From Psilocybe cubensis (Eukaryota), in contig CM039001.1 in assembly GCA_017499595.2 (NCBI GenBank), positions 1,984,001-2,048,000 of the forward strand: a stretch of 64,000 bases of DNA, read 5' to 3'. How positions within the stretch are numbered: position 1 is the first letter of the stretch; the number at the start of each line of letters is the position of its first letter. The notes under the pieces were generated by a model. That model searched no databases and was not told the DNA's origin. It saw only the letters and a list, made by a program, of their open reading frames with translations. Below, one piece after another: positions 37,344-51,007 of the stretch. The translations under genes and the position numbers were made by a program.

Positions 37344-38749
37344 CTAGCCATTATACTGGGCACGAGCTGTATAACGAATGCCTTCAGGACCTGTCACTGT
37401 CCTGCAGTATTTTAACAACAGTTTATCTCGCTCTTTAGAATTGACTGCAATGTCCGATAAAAATGGTGAAATTTCTTCTCCCCTCCATATTGAACGGGTG
37501 AGGAAGAGGTCGCTAAACCGTGCAGCGGGGTCGACTGGTAACTCGGAGGCAGGAAAGTATCTTAGAACCGATGCACCGTTCCCCATAGTGTCAATGGTTT
37601 CGATGTAGTTTGCCTATAGAAAGTTGTTGAGACAGAAAACCTTTCCTCGAAATTAAAAGGTGAACCCTCACTTCTAGAAGCTTCAGCGAGACTGATGGTT
37701 CAAAAGTATCGCCTGCAAGCTTTTTCCATGCAGCGAGGAGGTCATCCTTTGCGATGGGGTCGTGCTGTAAATAATTTTTTTTAATTCAAGTCGAAGTGTT
37801 CTTTGACAATAAAAAGAAACATACTCTGTGTTTCCGTAAAATACCCAAACCCAACTCTTTAACGACACCATCTACATCCATTTTCCATTTAGCATCCTTA
37901 ATTTCGCCGAACCACGACATGACCTGAGTAGAAACGGCCCTGGAGACTTCATGGTCATCTGCTAAAGCTGAAGAAAGAGCTTCCACCGAAACAGATGTGT
38001 AATTCATGGACAAAGAAACGAGGAGATTAAGAATCAATTCTAACAGGTGAGCGAGAAACGCAGGCGCGATTGGTCGTAGTTCATCTGTCGTGCGTGTTAG
38101 AGGGAAATATGAGGAGCAGATAAATGCGCATATATATTCACTATTTATAATGAGCACACGACGAGTTTTCAGGCCTTGGTCGATCTCAACGTCACTGGCT
38201 TGAATCTCTTGTTTGGCATCGTGGTAGGTGAAACGATCCTGCGAACCACAAATGAATAAACGGCGGAAGTCGCAAAAATATACGTACCATCCCGTCATCG
38301 TCCTCATCTTCATTATCTCCATCATATTCCCTGTTCTTGATCAAAGCAGAGAGTTTGTGCAACTTTGGCACGACGGGTGCCAGTTCGATGATCTCGTTGA
38401 GCTGGTCTCGGATGATCACCGCATCCTCTGCAAACTCGGACGCACGTTCGTCTGGAACGGGCGTCACGACGAGCACGGTGTTGGAAAGACCAACAGAACG
38501 CATGCCGTAGGTCTTGGTCGAGCTACATAGGACAGCATCTTCGTCTGGCTGTCCTTTGATTGAAAGCCTGTAAAATGACTGGAAATCAGTGTATCGACGC
38601 GAATGCTTTCTCGGGTCATACCTTGGATCTTCATCTTTGGCTATGGCAGTTTCTATAAGAGTCGTTAGGTCTGGAGTAAGCTCTATAATTTTATACGATC
38701 CTGCTTCATTGGTAGACGAGAAGGAGAAGCAGAGATCATATTCCGGCAT
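37344..38749 (-). CDS. DCC1: Sister chromatid cohesion protein Dcc1 (Ctf18-RFC subunit)
   Basis: IIELTPDL, IKGQPDEDAVLC, SNTVL, IQASDVEI, LPVDPAARFSDLF, LLKYCR. Confidence 0.92.
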
Positions 38750-38804
38750 TTCTCAAAAGCGTTGAAGAGTGTTGTTCATAATCAAGAAGCATTATTACTA
38801 ATAA

Positions 38805-38830
38805 ACGCGTCGATAAGCGAGACGCGTCGA
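38805..38830. promoter_or_regulatory. Tandem MCB (ACGCGT) elements upstream of DCC1
   Basis: ACGCGTCGA occurs twice, at 38805 and 38822, 56-78 bp upstream of the DCC1 ATG. Confidence 0.6.
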
Positions 38831-39031
38831 GGCCAACAAAGTTTAATACAGGTTCAAGAGGATGATGACATTTATTTCTTTATGTATATGTAACAAGTCG
38901 TTCCTTGGTATTCTGTACAAGGAGGGGGCGTGGGGCATCTCCGATATTAAGTATACGATAAAACAAGCCTTCCTTTCACTTCATCTCCGAAAATTCCATT
39001 GTCCCCCTTTTCAAGGTATAAGAGAAATGAA

Positions 39032-40316
39032 TCAGGCATCGAGGCAAGTTGTCTCGACGACGATGGCGGTAACACGATAAGGATCTAGATTAAATGAATA
39101 ACAATTCCAGAGAAAAAGAGAGAGAGAAAAAAACATACCGATGTTGGAAGCAGGTCGCCTGTCCTCAAGATATCCGTAACCTTGGGCAGCGACGTGTCTT
39201 GGGACACGAATTGAAGCACCACGGTTGGCGACACCTGAGCTAAAGGTGGTGATGTGGCCAGTTTCGTGACGACCAGTCAGACGGAGATCGTTATCTTCGC
39301 CATAAACAGCGATGTGTTCGTCATGGCGCTTGCTGAGCTTCTCGATGGCAGCATCGATCGCCTTGATGCCTCCGGGTTCTCGCATAGCCTTTGTGCTGAA
39401 GTTGGTGTGGCAGCCAGCACCGTTCCAGTCACCAGCAAGGGGTTTGGGGTGGAAAGAAACCTTGATACCCCACTGTTCGGCAATGCGAACAAGAAGGTAG
39501 CGAGCCATCCAGAGGTGGTCACCCATGGAAATACCCTCACAGGGGCCGACCTGGAATTCCCACTGGGAAGGCATGACCTCTGCGTTGATACCGCTGATGT
39601 TGATACCTGCGTAGAGGCAGGCACGGTAGTGGGCCTCGATAAGATCACGGGCAAAGACCTTGCCAGTGCCTAAAAAAATAGGCGAGAGATTAGATTAGCG
39701 ATATATTGATGAGAGGGATCAAGACGTACCTGCACCGCAGTAGTAAGGACCCTGTGGGCCGGGGAAACCGCCCTTGGGCCAACCGTAGGGAGAACCATCG
39801 GCGTCGAAAAGGGTGTATTCCTGCTCGAGACCGAACCAGGGAGCCTGCTCCTTGGCCTGCTCCATGACCTTTGCGGCATGGTGACGGAAGTTGGTCCTGT
39901 TGGGAGTGCCGTCGTTGTTGTAAGTCTCTGCGAGGACTAGAATATTATCACCGCCACGGAAAGGATCCTTGAAGATGGCGGCGGGACGGAGGTAGACATC
40001 TGAATCATGGCCGGGAGCCTGGTTGGTAGAGGAGCCATCAAAGTCCCAGATGCGAAGCTGGCCAATGTCTGTGACCTTCTTGCTGACGGTCTGAGGAAAA
40101 AGATGAGCAACAAAGCAAAAAAAAGGGGGAGAAGAAGAGGACAGACCGTGGTCTTTGAGCGCAGACCACCGTCACCATCGATCCAGACGTCTGTTGCAGG
40201 GTGAGCACGGGGGGTAGAGGAAGAATGAAGAGAGACGAACACTCAGCCTGGATCTTGTCGCCCTGGGGAAGAGCGAGGTAGGGAGCGAGGAGGTCGTTGT
40301 GGTATAGATAGGCCAT
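39032..40316 (-). CDS. GLN1: Glutamine synthetase (GSII)
   Basis: [62 protein letters not shown]. Confidence 0.98.
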
Positions 40317-40427
40317 GGTGGAGTGGAGAAACAGAAAAAGCGCAGAGAAGCGATGGATTAAGCTTGAAGCACTTAAAGGCGGGAACGGGCTGTTGATGGA
40401 TATTTGTGCGTTGGCGTGTGATTGGAC

Positions 40428-40472
40428 GATAAGATCAGGGGATAATAATTAAATCTACGCTATGTCCTTATC
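40428..40472. promoter_or_regulatory. GATA (AreA/Gln3-type) sites upstream of GLN1
   Basis: GATAAG 40428, GATAAT 40441 and CTTATC 40467, within ~160 bp of the GLN1 ATG. Confidence 0.45.
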
Positions 40473-40583
40473 CGGCTCGGCCGACCGCTAAAATTTACAC
40501 GGCCATTTCCTGCCGAAATGCCGCGCGCTACATGATCGGACCTTGGGCAGTCAATACAGTGCAGCGACAGTGAGCGCGTCTGG

Positions 40584-41376
40584 CTAACCGCTGCGGGATC
40601 CAATCCGAGCCATCGTGTCTTCTGCGTTCTCTTGTTCTTCGACGCTGTCTGATTGTGTTACCTGTCTCGTTCATCAGCAGCCTTCATTCCCAGACACATC
40701 CCCCAGTGCACCTACCACCCGCAGCACACTCTTCTTCGACGACTCCTGCAGCTCACCCGCGATGATCAGCTCGTCCAGGATCTGGCCACGTCTCAGCGAC
40801 CGTCATCCACCAACTATGTTCACTCACCGCATATGCTTTCTGAAAGTTGAAAATCCTGCCACTCCCTTGTCAGCTGATTCTTCGGTCCGTGGGCCCTTGG
40901 CACTTACAGGTCAAGTTCACAGACCTGCCGTCTCCCCAGTCAGCAGTTCATTTTCTTACTTTGTCTCTCACTCACATTCCCAAAGTACCGGTCGAGCACC
41001 TCCACGTAGCGGTGGATGATCTCAAGTGTCACCAGCTCGTTGTCCCCGGGCCCAATCCCACACACAAAGAACAGCGATGCATATCGTCGGTACACAACCT
41101 TGCTGTCTGTGCATCCACGTCAGCTATCTTGTCATGTTTTGCCAGCACTGCCAGCAAGTACCCTTGTACTCGAGAAAGTTGCACATCCTCGTCCGCCGCG
41201 CAAGCACCAGCTGTGTCACGTCCTTGACAATCTTAGCCTTGACTTTCGGCGCCATCGTTGTAAACCATTTTGCAAGGCGCACTTTCCCTGTAACAATTTC
41301 AGATACAATCTCTTGTAATTAGTCGTCCTTTTCAAAACAAACCTTGCCGAGATACGAGGAGGATGTAGTTGATCAT
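40584..41376 (-). CDS. APS1: AP-1 clathrin adaptor sigma subunit
   Basis: Not captured by the ORF track. Reverse-strand exons give [20 protein letters not shown]...[13 protein letters not shown]...[11 protein letters not shown]...[17 protein letters not shown]...GELQESSKK. Confidence 0.95.
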
Positions 41377-42336
41377 GACAGTTGGTCAATGCTCTCGACC
41401 TCGCCCCGTCCATTACCGGTTATCCACGGCACAGCCACATCATGTAACATTGTTTGCTTCCGTGACCCCGTTTCTCCGTCCATGTCGCCGTGGCAGCCTT
41501 GCCATTTTAATAATATTTTCTGCCAAGCGCTCTGCGCAAGAAACCCATGTTTGTGTCCTTTGCCAATCGTTTCGCCTACTACAATCCGTTATCAACTTTT
41601 ACCCTCTCCCGAAAGACCCCCGTCACTTATCAAGACAGATGATAGATGTCATTTGCGGGCGGCTATCTCGCTCTGTGATCGCTAAAGTACAATGGATGAT
41701 TCCAGATCTCCTTTCATCCACTCGTGACCAATCCTATCAGCTCTAATTGTCGCTCCTGCGAGGCACACAGCGAGCACCGCGAGCACACCCGCGATACGTA
41801 CTCAATGGTACCTGTGTGGCAATACAAAACCCTATACCCTCTTTGATCCAAACCACATTTATACTCACAAAAGTACAATAATCTTTATCTTTCAGTTTCG
41901 CCTTGATGCCAATCCTACCAAGAACGCTCGTTTAATCCATTCCAGGTTCTTCGAACGACGTTCTCGAAGCAATTCAGCGTTCCAGCTCCAGTTTTTTCGG
42001 ACCTATGCATTTCCGTGGTACTCACAGCGAAATTCTTGCGTGCCATTTGCTGTTGGCTTGACACTTGAGAGTTCTTTGATATTCAAACAGAATTTTTCAT
42101 TCTATCGCAGAATTCCGTCTTGCTCTTTAGGCATAAAAGGCCCATCATAGAGTTGAGGCCAGCACATATCAAAAACAGAAAAGAGCATACTTTAGCATTA
42201 TTATAGATTTGCATGTAAATAGTAGTAAATCGGTCGAAGCACCGGACATCGGTGCGAAGTCGGGTATCGGGTCGTGCAATAGATATAGTAACTTGACCAG
42301 TTAGGTGAAAATTGGTGCTGTGAGACGCTGCCTTTC

Positions 42337-45300
42337 TCAGTGGTGGTGTTGCTTCGGGTGTTTCATGTTGAAATGGTCGTAGAAATCTCCAGTGACGGCT
42401 TTCATGCGCCCTATTGCCCGCGATTTTATCAGACAGAGCTCTCGCATGGCCATGTCGAATGGAAATCGAGTGAAGCCATTTAACCCCCGCCGCATCTCGA
42501 AATCATATACATACGCATAGGACGCTCGTAGACGGGCAATTTCCTCTTCAGCCATGAAAAGTTCATCTTTGGTCGGACGAGAGTTGAACTTTTGCGACAA
42601 CTCTCTTATTTTGTTCTGGCGCACTTCAATGGGCAATTCGCTGAACGAAGACCCGCTGCCGCTACTTTTCTTTGGAGTTTTAGTGGGCTTCTTCGGCGAT
42701 CCCATCTCGCCACGATGTTCGTTGTATACCACCTCAACGTGATATTTAATCCTCTCAAGATCATTAGCCATTCGAGAGTTGCTTTCATCTTTCATCCATC
42801 GTGTCGCCATTTCCAAAGCAAGTCGCCATGGCGCAGCTAAATCTTCATCAATTTTGACGGGACGTTCACAAAATGCCTTTTCCAACCGGGGGTACCATTT
42901 TTTGCCTTCATCCTCTGCCTGTCTGTATAAATCATCCATGATGAAGCGAGACAAATGTTGTGGGCGTTTGGCATGTACTTCGTTTAGATTGGCAAGTCGC
43001 GTTCGTTCTTCGTCCGTTTCTTTCCATCGCGGTGCACGTTTGTTGAAATTTTTCATATCCTGTGCTAGAACATCTGGAAGGACTCTCATGCCAGTTTTAA
43101 TTCCATCGAGCGTCATACAAAACCTAGATGTGTTTCATTAAGAACGATCTGCAGGTAATGTAAAGCAAACTTACATATAAGCCAGTCGTATTGTGTCCGG
43201 ATGAGAATACCCTTGAGTATACGTTGATATATCATGAAAAGTTGAATATTTTCCGACCACACTCATATTGCGTACAGAGCCCAATAAGTACTCCTGGAAT
43301 CGACGAATTTTCTCCGTGTCATCAAGCCCCGAAGTTTGCTCCTGGAATGTCGTGACTTCCATATTCTCAGCAACAAAATACTTGTTGATGTTTTTAGGTG
43401 GCTCCGAATACCGCAAAGACGCGTTTTTGAAGGGCTCCACAAGTTCAGGTTGGTAAATAAAAGTTCCTTTGTCGCCATCATAATCACCTAAATAGAAAAG
43501 GGGCAATTTATACGAGTGCTTGCATAACGGTAAATTTACCGACCTCCAGATAGAAGATCCGCTGCTCGCCTGTCGCCTTTCGTAGACATAACAATTACAT
43601 CTGTGAGGTGATGGAGTCCCGGTCTATCCACAGCATCCATCTATAGGTATGTTTAGTAAATGAGATTATGAAAACCGGGAAACCGACCTTTTGGATATCA
43701 GTCGGAAGTTTGCATGGATGACGAGTGAGAAGAACTTTTCCAACAACCACGTCGGTCGACGATCCATCGGGATTTAAGAATGCTCGACGAGAGCTTTTGA
43801 AGAAAATTTCGCCAGGTTCAAGAATCCCGTATGTGTCTATTTTATTTTCAGTAAATAGTTCATCATAAGACGGAGGACGTACCTGGGACAATGAATGCAG
43901 TTGCAGACATTGGTACGTCGATTCGATACCCTTTGATGTAGTAACCCACGCGCCCTTTGATGAATCTATACAATTTGTCACGCAGCACTGGATTGTCTTG
44001 TGGTGTAAACCCCGCGTCCAGCATACACATAACTGTCTCTTCAAGAGAAGAAGGACAGCCACTGACTTCATCCGCCCACCATGCCACAGACTCCTTGTCT
44101 GAGGGACTGTTATCAATGCCCTCATCGTCATCTGGGTCTTCATCTACATTCCGATCAGAGTATCCTTTCACACGAGCAAGACCAGCTTCTTCTCGTGCTC
44201 TCCGGGCAGCCATTACACCCCCAAGTCGTCGGACATTGGTCCACAGAGTACGCATATCCTCGACAGTATCCCATTTTAGAAGCGGTTCAACCAGTTCAAC
44301 CAGGGCTTTCTGAAGGAGCGCAAGAAATGCACTCTTCGGGACTCCATTTTCCGCAAGGCATATAATGGTTTCGACAGATAAACGGCACGGTGCTTTGGTG
44401 TGAGACGCGCGGAGCACGTCCACTATTCGATGGGCCAGGTCTACTGGCCGGCCTTCCGGGAACTGAATTTTCCTTTGTGAAGGAGTGACTTGAACACAGG
44501 CTTCTTCACTAGCATTAATTCCATCGTCGATTAAAAGACCCTAAATTTATAACCTTCTCAGCTGTGTACTCTGGATACCGGAAATTCTTACCTTTGTACC
44601 AAAAATGCGTATCTGAATAGCCGTAGGTTTATCTTCCCAGTTCAGACGGTGGCGAATTTGCATTAGCGACCAGCGGTTAATTTTTCCCGCACCGTCAGTC
44701 ATATTTGACTTGGTACTAGAGGCGACTGCAATCATTACGATAAATTTCGACATTTTTGTGATTGAAAGCGTACGCACTAATGTCATCGATAAAGTGTATA
44801 TTACTTTGATTGACAACGATCCCAGGTACTGAGTTTGACAAGCCAAGTGCAAACCTGGAAACATATTTCGCCATTGTCTAACACGAACATCAATTTTTAC
44901 ACGGTTCAATGCCAAAAAAAAAAGAGGTGTACCTGACCATTGTTATATGCCATGGGGTTATGCCACTCAAGGAATTCGAGTAACGACATGGTGCCCTCAA
45001 CAGTTTTGCCGGTAATAATTTTCTCCCCGTCCGTATATTCGTTTGTTTTGATATAAAAAACATTCGTCTCCTTGGAATAAAAGGCTCGAAAAACACTGCC
45101 ACAGAGAATCAAAGGCCGGCACAGGTAATTCATCAACGCGTCTGTATGCTTCGTGTTTAGGACATATTTTGTCAGCTTGAGTCGGAAGATATTCTTGCTG
45201 CCAAAACGGCGGGCAAACATATTAGAGGTATCCAGTTCGGCGGGTTCCAGCGTCATCTTAAATCTGGGCGGATTATTGCCAGCTGTCTTCGGTGCTTGAA

Positions 45301-46468
45301 GTTTTCCGTGGAATAAGACTTTCCCTCCATACCAGTTCTTATATTCACCGGTGTTGGTAAAACCTAAACCACTCATTGGGTCCTTTTTCAAGGACTCTTC
45401 TTCGCGATCTAGCTCTGCCCACGGAGACTGGAAACGCTGTAAGTATTGAAGCGTTTAATCGACGTAGAATTTCATACTTTGGATGCTTGCTCTCTAGCAA
45501 ACGCGTCTTTCCATTCTCCTGAAATCGAAATATCATCTAGGAAATAGGTGTAATAATATATGCAACTAACCGCCTTCTTCTTCTTCATCACCCACAACAT
45601 CATCACTTAAGATGATTCTAGCAGTGACGGGGACGGCTAAGGCATTGGTCTTATACTGTGCCAGTTTGGATAGGTTAGGAAACAAAAGCGTCTTGTACTC
45701 CGCTTTCCCGAGGCTAACATAACGCGCAATTTCGTATTGCGAACCGTATGCCAGGGTCCTGAAGAGAGGTTGCAGACTATGGTGCGCAGACTGCGGAGTT
45801 TCTATTAGACGCCAATCAGACTTTCTGTGGGAATGCGTACGAGACGGATGGGTGTAGTATAATCATCTGGAGAGATAATGTCCTCAAAACCTCCGCTGAA
45901 GAAATCGTCCATTGAGGGACGGGAAACCGGCCGCGGAATTTTGGACTCGCGTTCGGCGTTGATGGACACGGAAGACGACTCGCTAGCCTTGCGTTTCCCC
46001 AAACTCGTAGTCGAGGGCCCAGAGGAAGAGCCAGAGGCATTGTCTTCGTCATTTGGTTGGGTTGGAGGAGGAGCTATCGAGTGTTCAGTACCGAGGCGCT
46101 TTGAATTAAGTTTAATACATACGTTCTGGTTCATTGTATTCCATGATCAGGGATGTGATGTCGTTCTCTCCAAACTGAGAGTAACTGGTTTGCTTTTATA
46201 GGGATACGTCAAGGTTGACAGATGTGAGATACTGATGTCTGAAAAAGCGCACCTGCGAAAGTTGTGAAAGCCCACCCAACGAATCGGTGGATTTGTTGAA
46301 CGCGAGAGACGGGATGATGACCTCGTCTTCGCCACAGGCTGTATGCCATTCAGTTAACATGACCAAATTAAAGTATGAAAGACGAACTGAACCTTCGCCT
46401 TGGTTGTCCATCTCATCCTCCTCCAACATTTGCTGGAGGCCACTCATCTTCGACGACGATGCCTCCAT
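42337..46468 (-). CDS. Cellular RNA-dependent RNA polymerase, QDE-1-like
   Basis: SRFALGLS, MTDGAG, QIRIFGTKG, TRHPCKLPTDIQK and catalytic LSG|GDYDGD spanning an intron. Frame is intact across the junctions I checked. Confidence 0.95.
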
Positions 46469-46915
46469 GAGACACTTAAATAGTCGGGAGAAAAACGCGT
46501 GCTAAAGTAATGAAAGGGAGGGTATACAAGAAGATGAAGTTAGTAGATACACGAAACAGACAGATGACCACGTTGATATGATGATGAAAAATACGGTACG
46601 GTTTTCGACTTTACGACGAGATGATTCAAGCGGACGTGTTGTATAAAAACAAAACAAGTTTTAGTCTTTGATGGGGCAGGTTGATAAACTAAAAGAATCG
46701 CGTCGCCGGGCTTGGCTTCTTCTACGCGGATCAGATGATGCATTGTCCACAAGTGCTCGCGGCCATTATTTATTTGCCTCCGTAAGGCTTCGCGCTTCGA
46801 CTCACTCACGAGTTGTATAAAAATACTGGCAACCGACAATGTAATAATAGAGAGCTACATTACTTATATATGCAGGACATGACCTCATCCACTGCCGAAC
46901 TAGCATTACATCACC

Positions 46916-48478
46916 TTATGCCCTCTTTCTAACGTTCTTTCTTCTCATTCCTCCTGCCTTTGAGGTTGGCCCTCCAATGCGGACTTTTTCTTCTCCATTT
47001 TTAGGAGTTGAATAGCCACTAGGTGCTTCGGAACCAGTGGTCGACGAGGCATCAGTGTCAATATCAGGAGCTGAGCCATTTTCACCAACTGGGGCAGGAA
47101 CAGCTGTAGCTTTGTCAAGTAATCGACCGCCTGTGAGTTTGTTTAAGAGGGACCTCAACAGGACAATGAACCATGTATTGGCGATTGAAGGTTTCACAGC
47201 AGTCGATGCGTCGATAAGGTGCATGTCGCCATTTGGTTCAAGCTTTCGTATGCGTTAATAAGATACACTAGGTGGAAGACAAAATATAAATCTCACCAGA
47301 TACACACATGAGTCCTCTACAACCATGTCGAGCCATCTTTTGCCAGTAACTTCACCATCTTCGTCGCGAGATTCGCCAAGGTTGACCCGGACCTACAACC
47401 AAAATTAAATATGTGTCCTGTTTGTCCATTAACTTAGCAGAACCCACTTTTCGCTGGCCTGCAACAGGCACCATTTTAGGACCCCAAGCCGCCGCCTTCG
47501 CCTGGGACACAATGAGTTCAATGCGCTCTAGATCCTTTCTATAGTTGATCCCTTGGATTACGAATTGCAAAGCAGAAGTCAATACTGTCAAGAAGATTAT
47601 GACCGACTATGAGAGTAGGTTGCGTCAGAACACGCATAATATTGTTGGAAGAAGCTCTTACACCAAGTCCAGGGCGGAAGCGTGAGTAGTAGTAACCAGT
47701 ACCTCTCCATTTCGGTACCCCATTCTTGTAGAAGAAATCGTACCTGTGGTACACGTCTAAGCAATATGAAGTCAAAGTGAAGAAACAGGCCAGCCTACCG
47801 TTTCCTGCTTTCCTTGTTCCTCAAAATTGTCGAGATAACGCCAAGACGCGCGAAGCGTTCATGAACACCCTTGACATCAGGGTTTTTATCAGGGCTAAAG
47901 AAACATACCAACACATGTAAAGCATAAGTTTTCGAAAATAAAATGTAAAACATACTGGAGAAGCATGCTCTTCTTTCTGTAAGCTTTTGCGATATCGTTG
48001 GTGCTGGCTGTGGGTGGCACATCCAACCACGAGTAGAACGTCGTCCCTTTTCCCTCCGCTGCCTCTAACTCCGAGACAATATCGAATATTTCATGGTCTT
48101 CCTAATATGCGAGACCATGAAGTTAAACTTGGGGTCGTAACGGTGGAATAACGGAATAAACGCACCTTTTCCCAACTAATAGTTTACAATATAAAGCAGG
48201 AATAAAATTTGTTCAAGTTATTTGAAGAGTGTATATCAAAACAAATACTTACGCTGCAACGCTTGCAACCAAAAACGCCAATAACGCGAACCATACGGTG
48301 AACGGTCGCATATTACTTTAGAGCCAAAGTAAAGGCAGAAACACAACGCCAACTTTCTTGGTATATATCCGATCAGCCAGCCACAGTGCAAGTAACCAAA
48401 AGTCAAAGAGGGAAAAGCCGCAAAAGCGAACAGGGTATAGAAGTAAAGAGTGATTAAGAGAGGTAGGAAGAGCTTCAT
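46916..48478 (-). CDS. ER-membrane DnaJ-domain protein (Erj5-like); start uncertain
   Basis: WEK|EDHEIFD, FYSWLDV, HPD (split by an intron: H|PDKNP), [26 protein letters not shown], then a TM segment. Confidence 0.88.
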
Positions 48479-48618
48479 CGCCAGCGCGATCACCCTGTTA
48501 GTGGCTGTGCAGAATTTGCAATGATCCTCACTCGTTTCACTTTCAGGACTTGAAGTGATACAAAACCAAACCTCAACTGCCACCACTCAATTATTCATAA
48601 TCCGCTAATACCTACGCG

Positions 48619-50991
48619 ATGGCGCCTCGAAGAAGGTGTCCCACATGCGGGTCAAAGCAATGGCATAAAGAGCCGTCGAGCGGGCTCATAGCGTGCAGCG
48701 AAGGACATGTATTACAGGTACCCATATGAGCATCCTCACTCCTTTTTCTCATGCTACCATTCAGGATTTTGCTCAATAACTCACTGTTCAACTGTGTTTT
48801 TTTACCTGAATGTTGGACGTGGAAATAGAACTATAGAAGCGAGACGACGGAAATCACAGAGGTCGGACCTCATGCCATGAGGAAAAGGACATTGAAGAGC
48901 AAACGGAAGAAAGGCAAAGCAAGCAATGCCAATCCTAAATGTGCGTTCCTCACTCTAACTCTCGATACGCCCTTTTCTGCTTGATACCATACTCATTTAT
49001 CTAATGATCACGCCCATTTTTACTCAGTGTACCATGGCGCTAGAGGGCGATACCACTATTTTCTATGCCTGCAGCTCATCTTGCGGAAGCAGATTGCTGC
49101 CCTGACGAAGATATGGGAACTCCCTCCTGAGTTCGAGGTCAGATGGTGCCACGATAACTATAGTCATAAGATTCTAAACCCCATATATGTATACTTTAGA
49201 TCATATGTAGGGACGTATGGGCACTTAATCTGGCACTGCTGCCCGACCCTCCACCTGCCGAGCCCTATCACCATGCAGTGGAGACCCAAATACATGATGA
49301 AGTAGATCCAGTAGTCGATATAAAGGCATTTTCTTCGTCGATGAAACAAGACTTGGACGGTGCATCTGAAGATGAACAGGCGAATGACGACGATGCCAAT
49401 GAGAAGGAAGAACATTCCGATACTGATGAAGACGAGGAAGAGGAAGAAGATGCCGAATTGGAGTTACTCATGCAGGAGAACTCTGATCTTTCGAGCTCGT
49501 CCGAGGACGAACTGGGCGAGAGTAAGATTTCAGGTCCAGAATCAGGACAACCGAAGATGGAGGGAGGTCGGAAAGGACGGTTTAGATATGAAAGCCCTCT
49601 AAGCACGATCGCAGTGCTCGTGGTGACATGCTGGATGATGCGAATACCAGTAATGTACAGAGACTTTACACGGTAAGAATGGAGACGATTTAGGGTGTCA
49701 TATTGAATCTGTTCTAATGTGGATCTAAACAGGTTGATCGAAAAGTATGAGATCCCGTATCTGAACGGAGTCAAATCGCTGCCCGAGTCAATGACGGAGC
49801 ATCTGACGAAGCATAATGTACAAGCATTATCACCACCTGTGAGTAATGTTTACAGGGTGATGGTACATGTGCAGAAATGTGTTGATGGGGATTCATAATT
49901 ATTTTTTTTTTCATTGTGTAGCATGCACCCCGAACGATGGCGATGCACAAAGTAGCCTCCAGACTTGCAAAAAAGCTAAATAGCAACTATGGGATCTACG
50001 TTCCTGAAATTAATGCAGCCAGTATCCTATGGAGGATTACGAAAGAAATGGGTGGAACACGTATGTGTTTGTGACTGAACGTATGACATGGCTGACGGAG
50101 GTGTGTAGCGCTGTTATACCGACTTGCGAAACGAGTTGCGAGCGTGTTGTCAGTGCCACTGACATTGCACTGGACACTGGCACCTGGACTTGCGAAACTG
50201 AAGCCTAGCGACGCGTTCCGACACCATTACGACGGTGTGCCTCCGGAAGCCAGTTTGCTAGGGGCGTTGATCATTGTGATAAAAATGGTGTATGGGCTTG
50301 ATGGGACGACCAGGTATGTAATGAGCAGATAATGTGACAGCAATGGCTAACAGGAGAGTAGAGGCCCAGAAGACGGAGACATAGACGATGTGGCGTGTTT
50401 GCTGGGATCTGAGGAAGAGTTTCTGAAGCAGATCAACAAGCTGACGAAGGATGAGCAACGAGAAATGAAGTTTGACAGCAGGAGGCAACTGTAAGCAAAT
50501 CCTCATTGGATGTGAACAGAATCTCAGACATCACAGAAACGTGGGGGATATGACGGATGAGGAAATGGACGAATATATCGCATTCTGCGCAAAGGCAGTG
50601 GGCTACGGGGGTATGTGTGGAAGTGAGCATGTGCAGCACAAGCTAACTTGTGTAGCCAGAGAGTGACAGCGTGGTCGAACGCTTCTTTGGGCCGGTTTCA
50701 GTCGGGAGATCTGGGGGAGAAACTGGTGGCCATTGGCTGGCGGAGGATGAGGGTGCAGGTACAGGTATAGGTGCGGCCGCGGCTGCGGGCGGCAGCAGCG
50801 GCAACGAAGGATGCCGGCGTGCCGAGTACGGCGCAGAGTATAAGATTTGGAACAGCCGGGATGTGGACGGGGCGGTGCCGGCAGGGTATGAGGCGGTGAT
50901 GAGACGGGGGGAAACGCTCGTGGGGATGAACATCGGCGGCATGCTGGCCGCATTTGAGCGCAGACTTGTGCGGACTGCCAAGCGGCTCTGA
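48619..50991 (+). CDS. RRN7: RNA polymerase I core factor subunit Rrn7/TAF1B
   Basis: N-terminal zinc ribbon CPTCGSKQW...CSEGH, then CLQLILRKQ, CRDVW and CWMMRIPV. Confidence 0.85.
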
Positions 50992-51007
50992 TGGCTCGCC
51001 TGGCTGT

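Noticed and set aside
41827..41840. AACCCTATACCCT as a telomerase template or telomeric seed
   Set aside because: Does not match 1.5 copies of CCCTAA; no supporting structure.
42239..42255. GCACCG...CGGTGC hairpin resembling the SpCas9 tracrRNA 3' stem-loop
   Set aside because: Only a 6-bp stem; no anti-repeat, nexus, array or cas gene; eukaryotic context.
42337..46468. RdRP as an endogenous viral element
   Set aside because: It has the double-psi-barrel DxDGD motif and spliceosomal introns of cellular RNAi RdRPs, not a viral GDD palm polymerase.
46578..46680. C/D-box snoRNA candidate (ATGATGA)
   Set aside because: No suitably placed CTGA D box or terminal stem found.
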